Positions 10,401-17,336 of a stretch of DNA of 39,626 nt are shown in pieces. The position numbers and the translations under genes are program-made. Under the pieces are notes generated by a model, which was not told the origin of the DNA, searched no databases, and was given only the letters and a program-made list of their open reading frames with translations. Every line of letters begins with the position of its first letter. Positions within the stretch are counted from its first letter, which is position 1. The stretch lies in IMG/VR virus record IMGVR_UViG_3300032884_000025, positions 1-39,626 of that record, one strand, 5' to 3'. Origin of the DNA: a virus. Its lineage: Duplodnaviria > Caudoviricetes.

Positions 10401-13400
10401 ACATCTTTTAGTGTTTGAGATTTTTCTTCAAGAGTAAGTACAGCTTGTTTCTTTCCAAACATATCCACAAGGCTTAAGTATTTTCCTAAATAAGCATCCG
10501 GTATCATTGTTGGATTAACTGCAAATAATCTCTGTAAAGGAAGTATTAAACCATCTGCTATACCTAACTTGGTAACAATATTTTTCTTAGCTGTTTTTAA
10601 ATTACTTTTAGCCGTTTCAATTTTGTTAACGTAGTCAGCATCATTAAAAACTTTTGTCATATAGTCAACAAAATTAGATACAGACACTTCGTTAAGTACA
10701 TTTACTTTACTAAATTTAACAAGTATATTTGTTAGTTGTGTAGATGTAATTTTACCTGCTGCTTTTAATTCTTTAATATCTTTAGTTAATTGTTGACTTG
10801 CTAATTTAAAAGCTTTAACAGACTCTCTTGCTCCTTTAGCTGTATCTTTAATTTGTTTTATAAGACCTGCTTTCTCAGTTATAGTTATCTTAGCAATATC
10901 TTTCAACTTACCAAATAATCTATTCACTGATGGTGCTGCTTTCTCTTTAAGACCAAACTCTTTACGGGTAGCTCTAACTAAATTCTCTTTTTGAATGTCA
11001 TCTGCCTCAGCATATTCTTTTGATTCTTGAAGAGTTTTTATTGCATTGTCTGCTTTGATTCCTTTAGAAGTCTCATTAGTTCGTTGTAAACTTCTATTTG
11101 TTGTAGCGTTGGTTTCTCCATACTTTTGTTTTAAGTGATTTTTTATTATTTTAACTTGTTCATCAGATAATACTTTTCCTGCTAACGCATCTAATGCAGC
11201 CATGGATTTAGCATCATTTCTTAAACCCATATATACCTCATAAGCTTTCTCAGGAGAGAACATTATTTTAGCGGCATTATTTAATTTTCTTATTTTATCT
11301 TTTGACCTTTTATATTTTTCAGGATTTGATTCTCTATCTAATATATACTCAATAGCATCATCAGGAGTTATCTCTGAACCAAATAAGTCTGATAATTCAG
11401 CAAGTATTCCATCTAAAGGCATTGCTTTATTTGATAAATATTTTATAGCGAATCCTTTGTTTTCTTCTCTTTGAGCGGCATCTCCGTAGCTATCAAAATC
11501 ACTTGGTCTTATTCTTCCTAAATTTTCGTGTAAAAACATTAATTTATTTCCAAACCCCGGTGTTGTTGTTTGGGCAAGTTCTAACTCAGCATCTCTTTGT
11601 CTGTATGCCTCATCCATAGATTCTTTATCTAATTCAGATATTAAACTTTCATCTATATCTCCTTGCTTAACAGCTTCTTCATATCCTTTTAAATCTTCTT
11701 CAGACATTGGTTCAAAAGAAGTTTCTTCTGTAGGAGTTCCCTCAGCAGTATTAGTCTCTATTATTTCAACAGGAGTTACCTCAGTAATAGTTTCCTCTAC
11801 AGGAGTTAATAGCTCCTCTACAGCTTTTACAAGTTCAGGATTACTTCCATCTACTTTAGCTTTATGATACGCTTCTGAAACCTCAGAAGGATTTTTTGCA
11901 TCATAATCAAAAGATAATGGCATATTTTCAAGATTTCCTTCTAAAGACTTTGTTGTATTTTCTACATCTTTTAAAGATTCTATTTCTTTCGGTTTCTCAG
12001 TAATGATAGTTTCTTCTTGGGCAACTCCTTCAGGTTGGACGTTTCCTTCGCCCATTCCTTGCAATCCCAATTCGGGTTGTTCTGTGCGTAGCACGCTTTC
12101 ATCTGTTGTTTGCTCTTGAATGGCATCTTCTTTTAATTTTTCGTTTTTAATATTTTCCTTTTCTTGCTTTAAATCATTTTGTTCTTTCAGCAAATCGTTT
12201 AATAATAACTTTTTAGATTCATCATCCATAGCCTCATTATTTATAATAGATTTTGCACTATTGTAATTATTTTCTAATTTATTATCTATATCAAATACTT
12301 GTTTTATTTGATTTTCAGATAGATTTAAAGCAATATTTTCATTTTTTTGAATGATACTATTATTCTCTTCTGTAAGTTGATTTATTTTTTTATCAACAAT
12401 GTCATTTATTTTAGAATCTACATCATCACCTTTTTCAAGATTTAAACTTTGTATTGTTTTTATATTTTTGTTTACTTTATTTATATCCTCTTTACTTGTT
12501 ATTTTTCCTGCAACATATTTTGTAGCATTTCTAATTTTACCAATACTTGACCCTGCTGCAGATATACCTCCTCCTGAAATACCTCCAAGTATAGTGCTAT
12601 TGGCTACTTGTTTAGATAGGTTATAAAAATCAATATCCTCTCCTTTTGTTATTTTATCAGAAATTTCTTGAACTAATGTAGTTGATCCTTCTGAAAGCCC
12701 TTCTTTTCCAAAATCCTTTAGAACTGATTTTACAAATCCTTCAGCAACAGCTTCAGCCGCTTTTTTGTTTCCAATAGCAGATTTAGCAGCTTTACCTAAA
12801 ATTTTATTAGTAACGCCTTCAAATACAGCTTCTGAGGCTCCATAAACTCCGGAATTTAATAAGTTTCCAATACCTACATCTCCTGTTTCTTCTATATCTT
12901 CTGCTCTTTTACCTGCTGCAGCAACAACGCCTACTGCAGGTAAACTTACCGCTCCAATAAACATATTTGGTACTGACTCTACGGTAGTCTTTAATCCTTG
13001 ATAAAGAATTTTTTGAATAGATTCTGCATTTGGATTATCTTTGAATTTAATTAATTCATCAACAACATCAACTTCTTCTTGTCGAGTTTTTTTATATATC
13101 TCTTCTGATTTTTTATTTAGATAATCAGAAGCTTCTTGAGATGGTGCAGTAGATAAAGTAGGACCCATCATAGAATTTCTTATTTCTTTTTTTAAAGTAG
13201 ATGGTAATTTGTTAAATTTTTCAGAATCTCCTGAAACTGTTAAAACTAAATCCATAGCAGCATTTTGAGCAAACCTTGGTATTGATGCTATATTCGATAA
13301 TGCTTTTACACCGGCTCCCTTAAATGTATTCCATAAATCATCTAACGCACCTACCTCATCCTTTTCTTCAATAGGTTTCTGCGTAACCAATGAACCATCT

Positions 13401-13570
13401 GCCAAAGGTGATGCCGTAGTACCTGTTTTCTGTGGCTGAGGTATTTTTGATTCCAAAGAATCTTTTTTTTTTAATTCATCAAACGGTAAATCAGGATTAA
13501 ATTTAGGCTTAGCTTCACTAACTGCTTTAAAAGGCTGATTTGGATTGAATTTAGGTTTTGGCTGTTGCAT
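7490..13570 (-). CDS. Giant (about 2026 aa) putative internal virion / DNA ejection protein
   Basis: Last of three A/G/E/K-rich helical genes after the tail module, as for podovirus ejection proteins. The ATG at 13570, 2 nt after the upstream stop, is preferred to the TTG at 13603. No catalytic motif recognised. Confidence 0.75.
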   Translation of the reverse strand: MQQPKPKFNPNQPFKAVSEAKPKFNPDLPFDELKKKDSLESKIPQPQKTGTTASPLADGSLVTQKPIEEKDEVGALDDLWNTFKGAGVKALSNIASIPRFAQNAAMDLVLTVSGDSEKFNKLPSTLKKEIRNSMMGPTLSTAPSQEASDYLNKKSEEIYKKTRQEEVDVVDELIKFKDNPNAESIQKILYQGLKTTVESVPNMFIGAVSLPAVGVVAAAGKRAEDIEETGDVGIGNLLNSGVYGASEAVFEGVTNKILGKAAKSAIGNKKAAEAVAEGFVKSVLKDFGKEGLSEGSTTLVQEISDKITKGEDIDFYNLSKQVANSTILGGISGGGISAAGSSIGKIRNATKYVAGKITSKEDINKVNKNIKTIQSLNLEKGDDVDSKINDIVDKKINQLTEENNSIIQKNENIALNLSENQIKQVFDIDNKLENNYNSAKSIINNEAMDDESKKLLLNDLLKEQNDLKQEKENIKNEKLKEDAIQEQTTDESVLRTEQPELGLQGMGEGNVQPEGVAQEETIITEKPKEIESLKDVENTTKSLEGNLENMPLSFDYDAKNPSEVSEAYHKAKVDGSNPELVKAVEELLTPVEETITEVTPVEIIETNTAEGTPTEETSFEPMSEEDLKGYEEAVKQGDIDESLISELDKESMDEAYRQRDAELELAQTTTPGFGNKLMFLHENLGRIRPSDFDSYGDAAQREENKGFAIKYLSNKAMPLDGILAELSDLFGSEITPDDAIEYILDRESNPEKYKRSKDKIRKLNNAAKIMFSPEKAYEVYMGLRNDAKSMAALDALAGKVLSDEQVKIIKNHLKQKYGETNATTNRSLQRTNETSKGIKADNAIKTLQESKEYAEADDIQKENLVRATRKEFGLKEKAAPSVNRLFGKLKDIAKITITEKAGLIKQIKDTAKGARESVKAFKLASQQLTKDIKELKAAGKITSTQLTNILVKFSKVNVLNEVSVSNFVDYMTKVFNDADYVNKIETAKSNLKTAKKNIVTKLGIADGLILPLQRLFAVNPTMIPDAYLGKYLSLVDMFGKKQAVLTLEEKSQTLKDVQEILDEINNERSLADELSDRFNNYDNKVFKDEKLDYLATLNKMLEEGDIDSNGFELMKKYKKDILPQVEKSKLTEEEIQAEKDDLTKIIQKSKIDGTELSTKDERKKTKELDSLIKGKAINELTNVELKNLLKVIDNINNGYFPHYAQLMIEKLNEINNSNPLEGAINKSKPLPISKLYAKAKSFLTKKDAMLEMIRRNPLFNIDQVLGDFKTKDIFNSLLNKAAEAEAKFTSELKNVQALLEKAEEKVARSFELEPNETLMSKFKMMTYMVQLEYDSNPDNKQVNPAAEYLKATIKHIEAGKSQFGERDAEMLQKILKEFAPDDQIDNEKLYNSFNNAEKEAIKTVRNVNESLKEKAEHTAAIIRGQKINPLNNYIHLNVLHEYKPNDLASGESFANDYNNSMRPSTKAKSLIERTGKVSPLNFDIFASAQRGAKFVLMDYHLTEPIRTARKTMNRTISNMESKGKIPKEKRQIINAINNAFEEAIENLVVNNYTETSIGDDVVDYVSKQGYRAVLAGTGRFAAELLSNVGFVIISDPTALTEGIKHIDVIMSKDAPVIMSNLNSKEINRIFPTDTLSGRMIDSNILSQASGIKGGKSKNVVVNKIQQIWNLSGKKYVNAVELLADIQISTPDKAIMRPIWFGSFAYNFKKITGEDVNFEKIAANDEAYMDNNKEALEEAKTIADERSVITGASSNAFTGILKGTSKPNQSISTKAFNNMNSFMTKFMVYEFVTARTGIMAAMGNGSLTRKQGVALLGAVVTRMTVYSLLIKALGEGIIGLLFDDEDDEEEKAPEKAVGQALASTFSSMLLGRDFGNATKSLINYGVEQVNENYLDFLREGDYDPYKDALQYSTIPADKKGTQTGVYDFFKNMTGSYGPAIKTADLVVKKVFEDDKKQFDAIDRQEKEKNVRIPLEVLGNLGLVPLYKEVRKSVMKDIYKGLEKGKGISKEELKKKNPKMYKIMYGDN
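11038..11121 (-). CDS. Candidate nested 27-aa ORF in the +1 frame of the giant gene
   Basis: MEKPTLQQIEVYNELMRLLKESKQTMQ preceded by an A-rich leader (TTAAAACAAAAGT-ATG). Confidence 0.3.
   Translation of the reverse strand: MEKPTLQQIEVYNELMRLLKESKQTMQ
11980..12126 (-). CDS. Nested 48-aa basic protein (MPFKSK type) in the +1 frame of the giant gene
   Basis: MPFKSKQQMKACYAQNNPNWDCKEWAKETSNLKELPKKKLSLLRNRKK; A-rich leader AAAAATTAAAAGAAG-ATG; local GC 55/120 nt at 12001-12120 versus 26/120 at 12181-12300. Confidence 0.55.
   Translation of the reverse strand: MPFKSKQQMKACYAQNNPNWDCKEWAKETSNLKELPKKKLSLLRNRKK
13368..13570 (-). other. Candidate -1 frameshift / transcriptional slippage product of the giant gene (67 aa); slippery A10 at 13463-13472
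   Basis: TTA AAA AAA AAA GAT; the -1 frame reads RFFGIKNTSATENRYYGITFGRWFIGYAETY-TGA. Confidence 0.45.
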
Positions 13571-13572
13571 AT

Positions 13573-15240
13573 TTATTCGTATTGATTTGTGTTTGGATTC
13601 CAATTATAAGTAACTCCATTTTGAATAACCGGTGGCTTGTTTGCCGGAGCAGTTCTACCTGCAGCAGGAGTAGTTCTGCCTGAAGTCTCTTTATCTTTTT
13701 GTATTAAAAAATTTCTTAATTCAGCAACATCTCGGAAGTTATATCCCGGTCGATTAGGGTTTGGCATTTTTGGAGCAAATAATGTTAAAAGACGTGAATT
13801 TTGTTTATCACTACTAACAAAGTCCTTTTGCTGAACAGCAGTTGAGCCGCTTTTTCCACTTAAACCTGATTTGTCTGCTGCTTGTCCTGTGCCCTCCTCT
13901 TCTTTTCCGGCTGCTTGATATCCTCTAAGTTCAACCGCACCTGTCACACGATTATATCCTACAGATTTTGCTATATTTTCAACTCCTTTAGCTTCAGGAA
14001 TCCTTAAGTTTTCAAGCCCTACTACTACACCATTAACCTTACCATCTTTACTTGATGTACGTTGAATTTCACCAAGTACTGCAGGAGGAGGAGCTTCGTC
14101 ACCGCTTGGAGCTCTATATTTATAACCCGCTCTTTGTTTTGCTTCTTCAGTTTCTGACAACTGACCTGTAGTAGAAATTTTTCTCTCATTATCTAATTTA
14201 CTTAGAATTTGAGTTTTTACATAAGCTTTAGCTTCATCATATTGTGCCTTGTAATTTTTACCTGTCTTATCAAGGGTTGTCATTTGAGTAACAGGGTCAA
14301 TTTTTGCAAGTATTTTTTTAGGATCTTTATCTGCTTCATCTCTATCAAATGTAAATGATTTATCATTATATTTACGCAAATCATCTGTTAATATTGAGGC
14401 TACATTTAACTCACTTAAATAACTCTCAGCTTCATAATTAACAGCATCATTAAAATTATTTATTATAGCTTTAGTTGCAGGGTCTTTTATATTTGTTTTT
14501 AAAAATTCTATTCCTGTTAACTCAGTTATTGTTCCTGCTCTTGTTGTTGATGCAGCTGAATATACAGCATCTTTTAAGTCTCCAAGATTTTTTACAAAAT
14601 CAGTTGTTTTAGTATTAACATCAAAATATGCAGGTTTTTGTAATATTTTACCTGTCCATACAGCTGTTGATGCAGCTGTGTTTTTATTTAAAACCTTAAC
14701 TAATTTACCATCAACAACTTTATTTTCCATTAAACCAACACTAACAGTACCATCTATAGGGTCAATAAAAGCTTTTGAATTATTAAAATTAGCAGCACCT
14801 TCAACACTACTTTGGTTAAAAATAGTTAATCCACTTTGTAATTTTTTATCTTGAATACCCTGCATTGTGGATTCAAACTCTTGTTGGTATAATTTTTGTA
14901 AATTAAACAATCGTTTAGTTCCATCCATTTGATTTTGCATACTTAGAGTATAATCTTTCTCACTCATCATACCTCTCTCAAATAAATTTTTATTAGTCAT
15001 TTTTTGATTAATCATATCTTGAGCATAATTACTAATAAAATCATTAGCATTTTGATCTTTACCTTGAGGAGCTTCCATTAAATTATTAATAGATTCACGA
15101 GAAGCTTGTCTGTAAGCTTCTTTCTTTGCCTCACGAGTCTCATTAAAATTCTGAAGCATATCAACAGCTTGTTGACCTACTTCAGCGTAATTTATCTGCG
15201 AGTCTGCATCTCTTTCTGCGTATTTATAGTATTCTGCCAT
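13573..15240 (-). CDS. Putative internal virion / ejection protein (555 aa)
   Basis: Lies between the pilot-like gene and the giant gene; helical, with a low-complexity C-terminal linker. Confidence 0.65.
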   Translation of the reverse strand: MAEYYKYAERDADSQINYAEVGQQAVDMLQNFNETREAKKEAYRQASRESINNLMEAPQGKDQNANDFISNYAQDMINQKMTNKNLFERGMMSEKDYTLSMQNQMDGTKRLFNLQKLYQQEFESTMQGIQDKKLQSGLTIFNQSSVEGAANFNNSKAFIDPIDGTVSVGLMENKVVDGKLVKVLNKNTAASTAVWTGKILQKPAYFDVNTKTTDFVKNLGDLKDAVYSAASTTRAGTITELTGIEFLKTNIKDPATKAIINNFNDAVNYEAESYLSELNVASILTDDLRKYNDKSFTFDRDEADKDPKKILAKIDPVTQMTTLDKTGKNYKAQYDEAKAYVKTQILSKLDNERKISTTGQLSETEEAKQRAGYKYRAPSGDEAPPPAVLGEIQRTSSKDGKVNGVVVGLENLRIPEAKGVENIAKSVGYNRVTGAVELRGYQAAGKEEEGTGQAADKSGLSGKSGSTAVQQKDFVSSDKQNSRLLTLFAPKMPNPNRPGYNFRDVAELRNFLIQKDKETSGRTTPAAGRTAPANKPPVIQNGVTYNWNPNTNQYE

Positions 15241-15260
15241 AATTTATTTTCTTATAATTT

Positions 15261-16076
15261 TTATCTACCACCTACGCCACTAAAAACAGGTCCAAACATA
15301 CTTGGTTGAAAAGCATTTGCACCTTGCTGTAAAGGAGCAGGTTGACCATAATTAGTACCAAACATACCATATTGAGTTCCCGGTTGCGGATTTTGTGATT
15401 GATAAGTTGACATAGTTGTAGGATTAGTATATCTATCAGATGCTTTACTTTGAAAAGCAGGATTTGCACTCGGTCCGTTATTTCCTGTCATTTTTCCTAA
15501 CTCTAATCCTGTTCCTTTATTATCTTTAAAATATAAAGGCATTAGATTTAATCCTTGTTGTGCTGTACCCATTATACCTTGAATACCTTGAGCGGTAGCT
15601 GCTGTTGACGCTTCTTCAGCATTAGCGGCTGCCATCTGAGCACCCTCAGCTTGACCTAAATCTAACTGAACACCTAAGTCTCTTAAACGACTTTGTTCTG
15701 CTAATTGTTTATCTTCAATTGCAGTCATCTCTTTGCCCATCTCAGTTCTTATTCCGGCTTGACCTTCGTTCATAGCCATTTGAACTTTTCCTGCTGTAAC
15801 AGCAGCACCTCTTTCTGACTCTTGACCTGCTTGAATAGCTTGAGCTCCCTGAGAAAGTAAAGCCTCTCTTTGAAGTTCGTAAGGTTCTTTTTTAACTGCT
15901 TGTTGATCGTAAAAATTTACTTCAAGTTTTTTTCTTGCCTCTGACATTGCTGACGCTGCAGATGCCTCTGCTTGTCTTTGTTTATCCTTTTGTTCTCCGG
16001 CTTGAACAAAAGACATTGCTGTTGTTCCTGCTGAAAGGGCTAACCCTCCTATTGCTACTGCTGTTGCTACTCCCAT
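15261..16076 (-). CDS. Putative DNA pilot / small ejection protein
   Basis: N-terminal Ala/Gly hydrophobic stretch (MGVATAVAIGGLALSAG) and A/Q-rich coiled coil, like T7 gp14 / P22 gp7-type proteins. Confidence 0.7.
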   Translation of the reverse strand: MGVATAVAIGGLALSAGTTAMSFVQAGEQKDKQRQAEASAASAMSEARKKLEVNFYDQQAVKKEPYELQREALLSQGAQAIQAGQESERGAAVTAGKVQMAMNEGQAGIRTEMGKEMTAIEDKQLAEQSRLRDLGVQLDLGQAEGAQMAAANAEEASTAATAQGIQGIMGTAQQGLNLMPLYFKDNKGTGLELGKMTGNNGPSANPAFQSKASDRYTNPTTMSTYQSQNPQPGTQYGMFGTNYGQPAPLQQGANAFQPSMFGPVFSGVGGR

Positions 16077-16077
16077 A

Positions 16078-16488
16078 TTATAATATTTTTATCATTTCAC
16101 TCGTATATCCTTCTCCTTTAGACCAACCAAGGTCTGTGTAGGTTTTGATTAAACTTTGGTTTTTAATTAAGGCATAACCATACTTACTTCCTGTTTGTTT
16201 ACAAATATTAGTAAGTGATTCTATTAATAGTTTTATTGCTTCTCTTCTTTTGTCTTTTATTCTATATTCTTTATTGGAAACAATCCAATCTACCCAAGCC
16301 ACTTTTGAATTTGTAATGTATATAAAACCCGCACAAATTGGCGTGTTTCCATCGTAAACTATCATTCCTCCTTTACCCTCATCGGGTAAAAAATCTTTTG
16401 CAGGAGCCTCCCAATTCCATTGTTTCCACCACTCTACAAGAGTTTCTTGGTAATCATTTTCATTTAGAGGTCTAATGTCTAACTCCAT
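16078..16488 (-). CDS. GNAT acetyltransferase-like virion-module protein
   Basis: IRPL...GGMIVYD..PICAGFIY...VAWVDWIVSNKEYR...LGW fits a GNAT strand/helix pattern; it occupies the T7 gp13-like position between nozzle and ejection genes. Confidence 0.65.
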   Translation of the reverse strand: MELDIRPLNENDYQETLVEWWKQWNWEAPAKDFLPDEGKGGMIVYDGNTPICAGFIYITNSKVAWVDWIVSNKEYRIKDKRREAIKLLIESLTNICKQTGSKYGYALIKNQSLIKTYTDLGWSKGEGYTSEMIKIL

Positions 16489-16495
16489 ATTGATA

Positions 16496-16503
16496 CAAAG
16501 ATA
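16496..16503 (-). promoter_or_regulatory. Bacteroidota sigma70 -7 box (TATCTTTG)
   Basis: Exact TAnnTTTG match in the 21-nt intergenic gap, 7 nt upstream of the ATG at 16488. Confidence 0.55.
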
Positions 16504-16509
16504 TTAAAA

Positions 16510-17325
16510 TTAAGGGAAACTTTTCATAACATTTGCTTCCGCTGCAAATAATTCTATTTTACTATCGTAATTATTTGTGAGTGTAAAGGTACAATAATGT
16601 CCTAATACTCCATGTGATTCTGCTACAGAATTTTTAATATATAAGAAATAAGCATCCTGAGTAGTTATAGGAGTCACTATAGCTCCCGGAACTGTAGTCG
16701 TTATTGTTAATTGGTTTAAATTATTTGGATAGTCAACGCTAATAGCTGTTACCTGACCTGCAAGTAATGGTGTATTAGATGGTGGGTCAAAGAAATATAA
16801 TAAATCTCCAATACTAATAATTCCTCCCAATGAAACCAATGGATTAATTGAAAATTTAATAGTGGTACCTCCTGTAACTTGAAAACTTCTTCCTATACCA
16901 TTTAAACTTCTTAAAGCCAATTGCCCTATTGAGTTGTTTCTAATAAATGCAAAATAAGATTGCTCTTTCTTTTGAAACCAAGCTTGGTCAATAAATCCTG
17001 AAACTTGTATGTCAGTTTCAAGTGTAGCAGCCCAAGGGGCATCACCTTCTAAATTAATGGTTTTAAATAATTTATTCTCAAGAGCAGCATTGTTAAATAC
17101 ACTCTGAATAGAAGTTGACGTAAATGCATTTAAAGGCTGACCCATTCGAGTCCACCAAGGTTGATAGAAAGTATTTCTTTTATCATTTACATTATGTTTG
17201 TAAATATTTCCTCCTTTAAAAGTATAAAAATAATTATTCATTCCAATCATCCAATCAGGATAATAAGAATAATAAGACACCCAACCGGCAACTCCTTCGC
17301 TATATGATAATGTATAATTTGCCAT
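16510..17325 (-). CDS. Tail nozzle / stabilisation protein, C-terminal part encoded as a separate gene
   Basis: Start MANYTLSYSEGVAGWVSYYSY...YFYTFKGGNIYKHN...KLFKTINLEG...KKEQSYFAFI resembles the C-terminal part of P22 gp10 / crAss muzzle-like proteins; the ATG at 17325 follows the upstream stop. Confidence 0.65.
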   Translation of the reverse strand: MANYTLSYSEGVAGWVSYYSYYPDWMIGMNNYFYTFKGGNIYKHNVNDKRNTFYQPWWTRMGQPLNAFTSTSIQSVFNNAALENKLFKTINLEGDAPWAATLETDIQVSGFIDQAWFQKKEQSYFAFIRNNSIGQLALRSLNGIGRSFQVTGGTTIKFSINPLVSLGGIISIGDLLYFFDPPSNTPLLAGQVTAISVDYPNNLNQLTITTTVPGAIVTPITTQDAYFLYIKNSVAESHGVLGHYCTFTLTNNYDSKIELFAAEANVMKSFP

Positions 17326-17336
17326 AGTTAATAATT

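Noticed and set aside
15272-15469. 65-aa alternative-frame ORF in the pilot-like gene
   Set aside because: L/I/V-rich shadow of an N/P/Q-rich tail; poor initiation context.
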